The position numbers and the translations under genes were made by a program. The notes beneath the pieces were generated by a model that did not search any database, had not been told where the DNA came from, and saw nothing but the letters and a program-made list of their open reading frames with translations. From Octopus sinensis (taxonomy: Eukaryota): a stretch of DNA of 64,000 bases. The stretch is taken from assembly GCF_006345805.1 (NCBI RefSeq), contig NC_043003.1, forward strand, positions 19,654,001 through 19,718,000, given 5' to 3'. Positions 1 to 43,106 of the stretch are shown here, one piece after another (within the stretch, counting starts at the first letter, position 1; every line of letters starts with the position of its first letter).

Positions 1-17
1 AGAAAAGAATATATATG

Positions 18-75
<58 letters not shown>

Positions 76-604
76 TTAATAATTAATAAAAGCAGTTAGA
101 AAAACATTTAGCAAGTAGTGATTTACACAAGATAGTTACTATAATCTATATACAAATGTCATATAAATTATTAATTAGTACAGAGGTAACAGGTATTTCG
201 TGAGTCAGTGGCAATGTAAAAATTGAAAGACTCTGTTTTGAATTCAGTTGCCATGTTTCTTGTTCTCTATAGCTGGTTTGTATTATTAATAAGGTTATTG
301 AATACCTCAAGGTTGTCTTTTTTTGTTTTTAAGTAAGTTTATCATATTCAGAATAACTAATGAAAGGGATTACAAATGCATAGGAATCCTGTGAATGTTA
401 TTTGCATTACATATCATAGATAATTGGGTCTATCAGAGTTGTTTGATAGCTATAATAGCTACAAAACTGACAGAAATTTAGGCAGAAAACCAAGATGAAA
501 CAATTATTGTGGAATTTGAGTTCATAACTTTGAAATTCAAATACCACTGTGTGTTTTGTGAATATATATAGCATATATATAGTGTATATATATATATATA
601 TAAT

Positions 605-1348
605 TTCTTTATTGCCCACAAGGGCCTAATCATAGAGGGGACAAACAAGGACAGACAAAGGGATTAAGTCGATTACACCGACCCCAGTGCGTAACTGGTA
701 CTTATCGATCCCGAAAGGATGAAAGGCAAAGTTGACCTTGGTGGAATTTGAACTCAAAACCTAGTGACAGGTGAAATACTGCTAAGCATTTCGTCCAGCA
801 TGCTAATGATTCTGTCAGCTCACCACCTTAATAATAATGAGGATGCTGATGCTGATGAGGATAATGATGATAATCATGATGATGATGGTGATGGTTGTTG
901 TTGTTTCAAATTTTCGCACTGGGCCAGCAATTTTTTTTTGGTGGGGAGTGGGGAGCAAATTGATTATATCAACTCCAGTGCTCAACTGGTTCTTATTTCA
1001 TTGACCCTGGAAGGAAGAAAGGTAAAGTCAACCTTGGTGGAATTTGAACTCAGAATGTAAAGACAAATGAAATGAAGCTAAGCATTTTGCCTGGTGTGCT
1101 AACAATTCTGCCAGCTTGCCGCCTTAAAAATAATGATATTGATGGTGATTTCACAAGGCCAGCAATTTTGAGGGAAAGGCTAAGTCAACTGAATGGACCT
1201 CAGTGCTCAACTGGTACTTATTTTATTAACCCTGAAAGAACGAAAGCAAAGTTGATCTCGTTGACACTTGAACCAAGAATGTATAGATTGATGAAATGCT
1301 GCTAAGTATTTTGCCCTCCATGCTAACAATCCTGCCAGCCTGCCACCT
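605..1348 (-). mobile_element. Three head-to-tail tRNA-derived SINEs, family A (head GGCGAGCTGGCAGAA, B-box GAGTTCAAAT)
   Basis: Reverse-complement copies at ~605-830, 915-1125 and 1150-1348, separated by (AAT)n/(GAT)n. Confidence 0.85.
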
Positions 1349-1380
1349 TAATAATAATAAATAATATTGATGGTAATAAT

Positions 1381-1975
1381 GTGGCGAGCTGGCAGAATTG
1401 TTAACACACTGGGCGAAATACTTAGCGGTATTTCGTCTACCGCTACGTTCTGAGTTCAAATTCTGCCGAGGTCAACTTTGCCTTTCATTCTTTTGGGGTC
1501 AATTAAATAGATACCAGTTATGCACTGGGGTCGATCTAATTGACTTAATCTGTTTGTCTGTCCTCGTTTGTCCCCTCTGTGTTTAGCCCCTTGTGGGTAG
1601 TAAAGAAATAGGTATTTTGTCTGCCGCTACGTTCTGAGTTCAAATTCCGCCGAGGTCGACTTTGCCTTTCATTCTTTCGGGGTCAATTAAATAGATACCA
1701 GTTACGCACTGGGGTCGATCTAATTGACTTAATCTGTTTGTCTGTCCTCGTTTGTCCCCTCTGTGTTTAGCCCCTTGTGGGTAGTAAAGAAATAGGTATT
1801 TTGTCTGCCGCTACGTTCTGAGTTCAAATTCCGCCGAGGTCGACTTTGCCTTTCATCCTTTCAGGGTCGATTAAATAAGTACCAGTTATGCACTGGGGTC
1901 GATGTAATCGACTTAATCTCTTTGTCTGTCCTTGTTTGTCCCCCCTAAGTTTAGCTCCCTGCGGGCAATAAAGAA
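1381..1975 (+). mobile_element. Family A SINE with an internal 184-bp tandem triplication
   Basis: Unit starts ggtatt(t/c)gtc at 1427, 1611 and 1795. Confidence 0.9.
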
Positions 1976-3344
1976 AAAAAAATATTGATGGTAAGTTCTT
2001 TTGCTCAGAAGTGATGAGAAAAATATTTTTATCCACCACTAAACCTACCAATCAACTGCCCTTGTATGTTTAAATAATAGTATATTATAGCTATCAATAA
2101 ACAGAAAACATATTCTTCTTCACAGGATATTTACATTTATAATTCCAATAATAGGTAAATATCCTAGCTGTTTATCCAGATTTGCAGTGAAAATTTGGTA
2201 TGAAAAATTGATATAACCCATTTATTTTCTCACACTCTAATCAGACAAAATCTGCCACTAGATCATTTTGAACTATTGGCAGAAACTTGGACTAACAAAT
2301 TTTTGATGAAGCACTTATTTCTCACGTTCTAGTTTTCATGGTATCTCATCCGTTACCCTTAATTCTTTTTATTTTTTTCAACTTATCCTTAGTTGGCTTA
2401 TACAACTCATAAGGCCAGTTACTTGGTGTACAACTGACTGAGATCACAGCATTACCCTGAAAGGGATACCAATCCAGTGTGGTATTCAAGGTCAGAAATT
2501 TCGATGGGAGAGGACAAGTTCATTACATCACCACCTAGTATATGCCTAGTGCTTTATTTTATCAATTCTGAAGATGAAAAACAAAGTCGACCTTAGTGAG
2601 ATTTGAACTCAGAACATAAGCATCTAGAAGAAATACTTTAAGCATTTTGTCCAAGAGGCTAATGATTCTTCCAGCTTACTGCCTTGTTATCTGTCATTAG
2701 TTCTTGATAATTCCTGCTAGCTCTTATATCTTACCTAATTCATGTTAATTCCAATAACTCGCCAATTTTCTACTTAGGCTAATAATGGTAGTCAACCAAA
2801 CATAACATAGACCAAATCAATAGCAAAACAAAAGAACTTTATAAGGATTTCAGTAGTTATGTCAATGAAAGTATAAATTGTTGGAGTTTTTTACTTTTTT
2901 TTTTGCTCTAGTCTTTGTCAGCTCTGCTTCAGTAAATCTATGAATGAGGATATATAATTAAACATATAATGCAATCAGTTTTTCTAGTTCATGGCTCACA
3001 CATCTTTTGTGTAGACAGGCTGTTTAAGATACAGCAGGACATAATACGAGTGGTTGTCATTTTTTCAAGGAGCTTAGGTAGTTGCATTGAATAAATCAAG
3101 CAAACGTGTTAACTCGTTATTAGCTCAAGAGAATAGCTGTAACTCTGATTATTAAAGTGTAATGATGTGTGTGCATGTGTGTGTGTATGTATTATAATAC
3201 ATATATATATATATGTATGCATATATTTATGTATATATGAATGTATGTATGGAGTGTATGTATGCATATAGGCATGTATGTGTGTTTATGCTTAGTTATA
3301 ATAAAAGCAATTTGACATTAATCTATGGGTTTATTCTATTCTTT

Positions 3345-3743
3345 ATTTTATTCTTTTATTTGTTTCAGTCATTTGACGGCGGCCATGCTGGAGCACTGCC
3401 TTTAGTCGAGCAAATCGACCCCAGGACTTATTCTTTGTTAGCCTAGTACTTATTCTATCAGTCTCTTTTAATGAATCGCTAAGTTACGGGGCGTAAACAC
3501 ACCAGCATCAGTTGTCAAGCGATGTTGGGGGGGGGGGTCAAACACAGACACACAAACATATATATATATATATATATATATGACGGGCTTCTTTCAGTTT
3601 CCATCGACCAAATTCACTCACAAGGCTTTGGTCAGCCCAAGGTTATAGTAGAAGACACTTGCCCAAGGTGCCATGCAGTGGGACTGAACCCGGAACCATG
3701 TGGTTGGTAAGCAAGCTACTTACCACACAGCCACTCCTGCGCC
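3345..3743 (-). mobile_element. tRNA-derived SINE, family B (head GGCGCAGGAGTGGCTGTGTGG, tail GACTGAAACAAGTAAAAGA)
   Basis: Full reverse-complement copy with an internal (TA)n/(TG)n; B-box-like GGTTCAGTCC. Confidence 0.9.
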
Positions 3744-3942
3744 TATACTTTTGTAGAGTACAAGTTTATTCTTAAACAAGAATATTGTTGACAGTAAATT
3801 TGGAGTTTGGGCCATACATACTTACTTACATAACATAAATGCATGTATGTATGTATGTATGTATGCATGCACATATGTATGGCTTTCTTTCATGTTTAAA
3901 TATGCATCAAGCATATTTGAACTGGTAACAAGTTTGTATATA

Positions 3943-4143
3943 TCATCATCATCATCGTTTAACGTCCGCTTTCTATGGTGGCATGGGTTGGATGATTTGA
4001 CTGAGGACTGGCAAGCCAGAAGGCTGCACTAGGCTCCAGTCTGATCTGGCAAGATTTCTACAGCTGGATGCCCTTCCTAATGCCAACAACTCTGAGTGTA
4101 GTGGGTGCTTTTTACGTCCCACCGGCACAGGTGCCAGGGGAGG

Positions 4144-4145
<2 letters not shown>
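3943..4145 (-). mobile_element. Family C retroposon with an RTE-like 3' end and (GAT)n tail (other copies at ~13590, 14775, 26230, 27450, 58370, 61900, 62490 on +, 63840)
   Basis: catcatcatcgtttaacgtccgctttc...gcatgggttgga...cagctggatgcccttcctaa...gtgctttttacgt. Confidence 0.8.
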
Positions 4146-4177
<32 letters not shown>

Positions 4178-4319
4178 TGTATGTATATATATGCATGTGT
4201 GTATAAGTATATTGTATAAATACACACACAGGTAACATTTATATATATATAGATAGATAGATAACATGGATAACAACAATTATTACATCATCACCCTGAG
4301 CTCAGTGGAAAAGATGGGT

Positions 4320-5800
4320 GCATGATTATGTATGAAATTCAACCCAGGGAAGTCTAAGTGCCTGAGTATCATGAAAGAAAAGCTGACAAACATCTCCACT
4401 TTTCAGAAATCTGAGATTTCAACATTTCTGTGCCTTGGGTTGAATTATGACAGTATCCTGAAGAACAATGACAACACCAAAAACACTAACTAACCAACTG
4501 GATGGAGAGCAGTTGAATCAACTACTCAGCTGCTTTAAGCTGTACTACTTATATTATGGCAAAATAACCCAAACTGAAGTGGCTATTCCTGCTTTATGAC
4601 CTACTCATGACATAGGTGGAGGCAATGGAGAAAAAAACATGTAAAATTGTCTATGTGTTTTCTAACTTTGCATTTGGTTAACCTATACAGAAAGATCTCC
4701 AAGCTCTACTTATCAATATCATAGATAGTGGGAGAATTTAACGCTACTAAGTTAAGAGCAGTTAATATATTGTTACTTTCTGAGAATGAGAAGGTTAGGT
4801 ACAGTAACAAGGCCATTGAAGGGTGGCAAGAAGTGGAAAACCCCAGGAAACTGTGAAGTAAGCTGAAACATATACTGAAGACATCAGGGGATTGTTGGTC
4901 TGATCTGTCAAGAATGGCAAGGATTTGACAACTACAACACCAAGAGGTGAAGTGGTGCCAATTCTAAAGGCAGGAGAGGGTTCATAAAGCAAGGGACAGG
5001 AAAAGCAATGGAAGAAGATCACTATGTAAAAGTAATAGGGTTTGCTTGCCAGAATACAGAGTGACCATTGGCTTAAAGGGAATTCTGGATTACTGACCAC
5101 AGAAAGACGGCCTTCCTCTTGTGTACTGTGGATGACTGTAAGCAAGCATCTACAAACTTAAAATCTGAGACAAAGAAAATTAATTCCTTTAGCAGTGTGA
5201 AGCAATTCTTTGCACTGTAAACAACATTTTGAGTAGGGACCCTAGGATACTGGAAGAAGGCTAATACAAATGGAGACACAATAAGGTCCTTACTGAAATT
5301 GCCAAGTAGATGGACTTACAGAAAGTTAAGGCCAACAAGCCACAGGCATCACTACCCAAAAGTATCAGATTCTTAAAGAAAGATACTAAAGCACCTCAAG
5401 CAAAGCTGCTGTGTGGAACCCATTTTCTAATGTGTATAAAACCCCTGAATGAGAAATGCAAGTGGATCTGTGGAGTAAAACTCATCTTTCCAGAAGTGGT
5501 GGCAGTAACATTGACCTGATCAGACTTGGTTCTTCTATCCTTGGGTAGAAAAAAAAACCCATCTTCATGGGTGAACTCAGAGAGCCCTGGGAGAACAGTC
5601 TTGACAAATCTCATCAGCAGACGAAAGCCAAACACCAGGACCTGGTTGATGAGGCTTTTATCGAAAGATGGTATACATCTTTGTTTCCCATTGAAGTTGG
5701 TTGCTGCAGTTTCCCAGCAAAATCAGTGATTTGTCTCTTGTAGAAAATTGATTTGGAACTTAAACAACCAAAGAAAGCCACTAAGGAGATAACCATGGCA
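4320..5800 (+). mobile_element. Decayed non-LTR retrotransposon with C-terminal restriction-like endonuclease (R2/NeSL superfamily, HERO-like), 3' half
   Basis: Broken frames give MKFNPGKSKCLSI (end of RT), NNILSRDPRILEEG*YKWRHNKVL (cf. HILS.C..AL..GRY.WRH..VL) and SDLVLLS...ELREPWENSLDKSHQQTKAKHQDLVDEA...FPIEVGCCSFP (cf. PD...ELTVPWE...K..KY..L...P.EVGCRGF). Confidence 0.8.
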
Positions 5801-6032
5801 ACTGAGACTAAGAGATTGTAGATGAAACCCTTCTGTAGATGAAGGCTAATTCAGTCCTCACAACCCTGTTCAGGTTAAGGAGTGAAATGCTTGTGATCCT
5901 GAGGTACCTGTTTAAGATACAGACTTGTTTCCAACAATGTGGTAACTTTATTCACCATCAAAAGAAAGCTCACATCATCTTGAAATAACTCCTGCAGTTT
6001 CTACTTGGGATAAAGCAGCAGCAGTAGCAACA

Positions 6033-6069
<37 letters not shown>

Positions 6070-7191
6070 TATGCCTTTTTTGAGATGTATCTGCAGTAAG
6101 TATGATATACAGATAGCTATTTTAATCTTTTAATATAATACTATTTCTGTTGCATATAATGGATACACACACACATCATACACCTATTATACATAAATAT
6201 CATATATTATATACATACTATGTATATGTTATACAGATATATATATATATTATTTATATTATATCTATGTGTATATGTGTATATTATAAATATAATGTAT
6301 ATATAGATACATATATTATATAGGTATCATAAACATATAATGTATAAATATATGATGTGTATATATATATATATAATGTATAAATGATGTATATATATAT
6401 ATATATATAATGTATAAATAATGTATAAATGATGTATATATATACATATATGTAGTGGTTCATGCAGGCATAGCATGAATTTGATCCTCAATAGCCAAAT
6501 TTCACTTAATAGTTCAACAGCACTTTTCTCACAGTAAAACAATAGATTTTCTCTGAGTGACAGCAGTTACATTTGCTAGATGCCTTCGCTAAGCAAAATG
6601 TCTTTGTTGCTTGACCTATCTAACCTCTTCTAGGCCAGAATAGAGATAACAGATAATTCTAAGCTAGAATAGAGATAACAGACCGCCAATGAAATCTATT
6701 GTTCTCAACAATATGTCTATCCTTCCAGCTGGTTTTGGACAGTTATAAAGACAAGAACTCCGTAAGCCAAAGTAAGTCAGTGAGAGCGACTGACAGAGAG
6801 GTACCTGCCTCGCCCAAGCGAAATGCTGTCTCGACTGAGGTAACTTCATAGAGTGACAACTATAGAATTAACCAATGTAGAAGCTGTCTTGTCCCACGCT
6901 CTCTTGCTTTTCTTTTCTCTCCAATATTACCATATCTCTCTCTATATACTACTGTGAGGTTGTGTACATACATTTACAGGCCGAAATTAACTTTCTTTAA
7001 CTATGAACTGTGTTATACTATTACAACTAGCCTACCCTTCGAGGTATGGTATATATTAAAGTAATGGTAAATAAATATTTCTTTACAGTCTCAATCACTG
7101 TTCTTCTTCCATCATGCATACTGGCAACCAACACCTTAACAACAAACTGTTACAATTGGTGACGTCGACTGCAATGAAGAACTAACCATTA

Positions 7192-7236
7192 CATATATAT
7201 ATATATGTACGCTTGTGTGTTTTATGTATATGTAGG

Positions 7237-7275
<39 letters not shown>

Positions 7276-7380
7276 ATATATACGTGTATATATATATATG
7301 TATATATGGATGTATATATGTATATCATCATCATCATCATCGTCGTTTAACGTATATATATATATATGGATGTATATATG

Positions 7381-7415
<35 letters not shown>

Positions 7416-7523
7416 ATATATAATATATATATATATATATTATATATATGTATATATGTATATATGGATATATATATAATGTATATATGTATATGTATAT
7501 TATATATATATATATGAATATAT

Positions 7524-7554
<31 letters not shown>

Positions 7555-7557
7555 ATG

Positions 7558-7628
<71 letters not shown>

Positions 7629-7675
7629 ATATATATATTTTTATATATGTGTGTGTGTGTATATATATATATATG
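7192..7675. repeat. Compound (TA)n/(TG)n microsatellite ~330 bp upstream of the CHIC start codon
   Basis: Directly visible. Confidence 0.95.
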
Positions 7676-7944
7676 ATCAATACCATCACATGGGTGAGAA
7701 TGCAACTAAGATCAAAGTGGTACTCAGTATGATTAAACAAAGTACAATATGGTGGCGTAGAGCGGAATATTCATGACTAAAAAAAAAATACTCGTGTGTA
7801 TAAAGAAGCTATCTTGTTATTGATTATTATCTAAATTAATCACTGAAGCTCAACCTTTCTTTGCCTTTCAGCCTTTCCCCTGTTTTGTCTCCGAATAAAA
7901 ATATATAAAATTAGGTTAGAGTTAACTCCCCATGTTTCCCAGCT

Positions 7945-8003
7945 CAGTAAAAGAGGGCGGTAGTCATGCTAGTAAACAGTTACGCTTCCGTCTTAGTTGG
8001 AGA
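7945..8003 (+). promoter_or_regulatory. Probable TATA-less proximal promoter / 5'UTR of CHIC
   Basis: GC box GGGCGG at 7955-7960, ETS-type CTTCCG at 7985-7990 and a local rise in CpG extending into intron 1; TSS not determinable. Confidence 0.4.
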
Positions 8004-39084
<31,081 letters not shown>

Positions 39085-39209
39085 TGGTCATTCTCTATGG
39101 ACCTTTCTTTTGTTTTTGGGAGCTGGCATGCTGTACTTGAAGTCTTTCATGGTTACCAATGGGAATTGGGAGGAGGTTAAAATGCTACAACCGAACATAT
39201 CCCCTCCCA

Positions 39210-39212
<3 letters not shown>

Positions 39213-39248
<36 letters not shown>
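39213..39248 (+). repeat. (CTG)12 in the proximal CHIC 3'UTR
   Basis: Pure repeat beginning 129 nt after the stop codon. Confidence 0.95.
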
Positions 39249-39249
<1 letters not shown>

Positions 39250-39330
39250 CGAGGGCTGTGGAATCCTGGAACTTTATACTATCGGTTAATTTGTCTTACT
39301 GGTTGCTGGGTTGACTCTAGTCCTCTCTTC

Positions 39331-39365
<35 letters not shown>

Positions 39366-39593
39366 TAACTTTTTGAGTTACTTAAACATAAACAAAATAA
39401 ACTCGATAAAGTATACACACTCACACACACATCAATCCAGAGATACATGCCACTTTTCCACTTTCCCTTAATTTCCGACTCCCCCCCCACTCTTAGACAC
39501 TACCACTTTTCCACACGATTCAGTATTCTCACTTTTTCCCCACACACTCATCTACGTACACTCAAATTTTCTCATGCACACACACATATGTAC

Positions 39594-39639
<46 letters not shown>

Positions 39640-40786
39640 AGTATGTACTCATATTTCACTTACAAACACTAGAATACATACATATTTAAAAATATTCACA
39701 ATCTCTGCTGTGCAAAATGTGCAAAACACTATTTTCCTCATTGCAAAATTTTATTAATTTTGCAAATACTGTGTATTTTTTTGTTTTGATATTTAATTTT
39801 TTTTTTTTAGTAATGTTCCCAGTTTTTTCCCCACTTTTTAATATTTTACATTCTTTCTTAACCTTCATGTGTGTGTGTGTATATATATATATATATGTAT
39901 ATATATCTATATCTACACACACACACATCTATATATACTTAAACATATATACACACACCTATATACATTTATATATACATAATTAATATATATACATACA
40001 TACATACACACACTCACATACAAATATATAGTATGTGAATATTTAATTGAGGTTATTTTAAAACAAGCTTAAGAATGACAATAAAACATTTATTGAAGGG
40101 GATGACTCAAATTACTCAGAGTAGAGTCAAATTTATTGTAAAATTTGTGTTGACTTGGACTTCAAGTTTCATCTAACAACTGAATATTCTTTTAGACAAA
40201 ACTTAGAATCCCAGCCAACACAAATTACTATAAAATGTATTTATATTTTCTTGGTTTCAAAAGCATTGTGATTTTAACATCTCTTTGGTGTCTTTTGTAC
40301 TTCCTTGACAAATGTGAAATGTTCCAATGGTGGAAGTAATTCTTTGGATCAGTAATAATAATAATAATTAATTTTTATTGTCTGAATCCTTTTCTTTCAA
40401 CCATTCTGTTATTGTTGCTTTCTACAAAGGGATTTAAAAAAATTTCTTTCTGTGTATTGATCACAGTCATTTCATTAACATCTTATTGATTCATTGATTT
40501 CGCGACATTGTTACATATATATTCTTAATATATAAACAATTTTTTTTTGCATTTTTTTTTTAAAGTCACCCTTAAAATCTTAGGAAAAAAAATGGAATTA
40601 ATAAAGAATTGATTTCCAATCCAGAGTGATAATTTGATATTTAATAAAAAAGGAATTTTTTCCCCCCTTTTTGAACTTGAATGAACTTTGACCTTCCCCT
40701 TATCTGCTCTTTCATTAAAATACATTTTGAAATGATTGTAGTGTCACTCTTTTGAGATGTGCAGGTACTGTTTCATATATATATAT

Positions 40787-40930
40787 ATCTGTAAATATAA
40801 TATGACAATTATTCGGTAGCCAAGATAAAACTCTGAGTTTCGGATGCCAAGGTGGAAATCCACGCTACCATCTCTTCATCCTAGTTTTATCTTGGCTACC
40901 GAATAATTGTCACATATTACATTTACAGAT
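40787..40930. repeat. Short foldback element with 46/48-bp inverted arms
   Basis: atctgtaaatataatatgacaattattcggtagccaagataaaact versus the reverse complement of 40883-40930; 50-nt spacer with an internal GTGGAAATCCAC hairpin. Confidence 0.85.
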
Positions 40931-41249
40931 AAATTCCTCTATTTACATAATATCGAGGTCTCTTTCTTTGTTTTGTATCTTACCGTTTTTATCAATATAT
41001 ATATATATATATGTGAATGATATTAAATATTTTAAGAACTACCAATATGAAATGGAGAACACATTTTTTGGCATTGTGTGTGCTTGTCTTTATATATACA
41101 TAATTACATGTGTATGTATATATATATATATATTCACATACATATGCATTAAACTCTCACCAGGGTATGTATGCTTGTATACATACATCCAGATGGTTAT
41201 TAGTTATGATATTAGTTAAGAATATAATTATCTGTGGATGGATACATAC

Positions 41250-41307
<58 letters not shown>

Positions 41308-43051
41308 GCTCATGTTAACAAACAAATGATAGTGTTTATATTTATATGGATGTTTTTATATGTGGGTGTGTTCCATTTTTCTCACTGTTTCATTCCAGTA
41401 CAATACTTCAATGTGAATCATAGCTTATATGTGACTGGTGTTACTCATTTGTTAACTATAGTTTCAAAATCTGTTGATGTTGTTTATTCATGTGAGGATT
41501 TCGAAAAGAAAAAAAAAAATGATCAAAGATAGAAAAAGAATATAAAAAAAAAACTTGATTTAATAATTTCATTAATCCCAACAGTGGTGACTACTTACAC
41601 TGAGAAGTCTTTTTTTAGATTTCTTTTTGTGGGGAGAATGCTACTTTTTAGTTACATTTTTTATTTAGCTCAAGCTCACATGTTCATACATTTTTTCTCA
41701 TTTTATTGTTGTCAATCAATGTTAATTTACTTACCTACACGTGTTTCATTTATCACTTTATTAAAATAGATTTCCCTCTCACTAATACTGAATTGTAATT
41801 ATTTGCCATCCAAAGTAGTGTTACAGAACCCTGCTGATTGTCTTTAAAAATCCTATAGATATCTTATTTTAATAGCTAGTTATCTCTGCTACTTAAATGT
41901 AGTATTATAGAATCCCATTGTCAGTCCTATAGATATTTGTCTTTCTCACTATCAAGCTCTTGTAGATTATCATTTTAAATTTTATTTTTTTGTTTTGAGG
42001 TTTGTAATATTCAGTAATAAAAAAAAAATTATACTGAAAAGCTTAATATTCAGATTTTATTGCTGGGAAGATTTAAATTCTTCGTTAATGCATTAACTGC
42101 CATATATACCATTGGCAGTTCATCACAAACTTCAAATGACTGCCACATGCATCAGTGGTGGTACATTTTCATAATTTGAAAAAATATTTTATTCAGTATC
42201 TTTGACATGGTTTCGGGGATATTTAAATAACATGAGTTATAAATATTAAAGTTTAATTATGAAAAATTGTAAAAATGCCAAAAAATTACATTTCCTTGTA
42301 ATTAAGCAGTGTGCAGTGTGACCTTGCAAAATACACGGTGTCACTGGTAAGTTCCAATGACAGGCCGTGATAGTTAACATGTTAAAAAAAAAAAAAAAAT
42401 TTTTGCTTCTATCTGAATCTTGGCTTTGGTAAATAGGTAGAATATGGTATTATTAACTGCATAAGTCGTGAGTTCGTAATCTGTTCTTTCGTTTTTCATT
42501 TTCTTTCTGGAAGACTTCTCAATTCTTGTTGATTTAATCTAGCTGGATAATAGATTAATAGATATTCAGGAATTCTAGAAAAAAATTGCTTGTAGTAGGC
42601 TAGCAATTTATCCAAGGGTGTGATTTTCACCTCACAAGTCCAGTACTTGCAGACACTGTTGGTAAGAACTAACTGCAAGAACCGTAATGGTTCATAGTTT
42701 TTTTTCTTTCTTTTTTTCTTTTCTTATTATTTTATATTGGAAATTAATAACCTTTGACTCCTCACTTGCTTTCTAATCCTGTAAAAAGTTTTACAGCAAA
42801 TGAATGAAGAAGCTTGTTTCCAGTGTTGGTTGTTGCTGTTATAATTGTTATTGTTATTTTTTTTCCTTTCCTTTTTATAATTTATGTCACTGTGTGGCAA
42901 AGTTCATCAAGTTGTATTCATCCGTATGTTTAATTGTCACTGCCCTCCAAAGAAAAACATAAGTTCAGTTTTTTTAGTACTTGGCAGTTTACATTAGGCT
43001 GAAGTTATTTTCTTGACATGTATATAATGTGGAGTCTCTCTCTCTTGCTCG

Positions 43052-43106
<55 letters not shown>

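Noticed and set aside
6664-6849. Minus-strand ORF MKLPQSRQHFAWARQ with a possible donor CAG|GTACCT, suggesting a gene divergent from CHIC
   Set aside because: No recognisable homology, donor-like motifs occur on both strands, and I found no phase-compatible downstream exon (the candidate at 2735-2936 has stops in all frames)
7205-7776. Multiple long ORFs rich in Y/I/H/T/C/V (also 21218-22746 and 41110-41532)
   Set aside because: They are translations of (TA)n/(TG)n microsatellites, which lack stops in several frames
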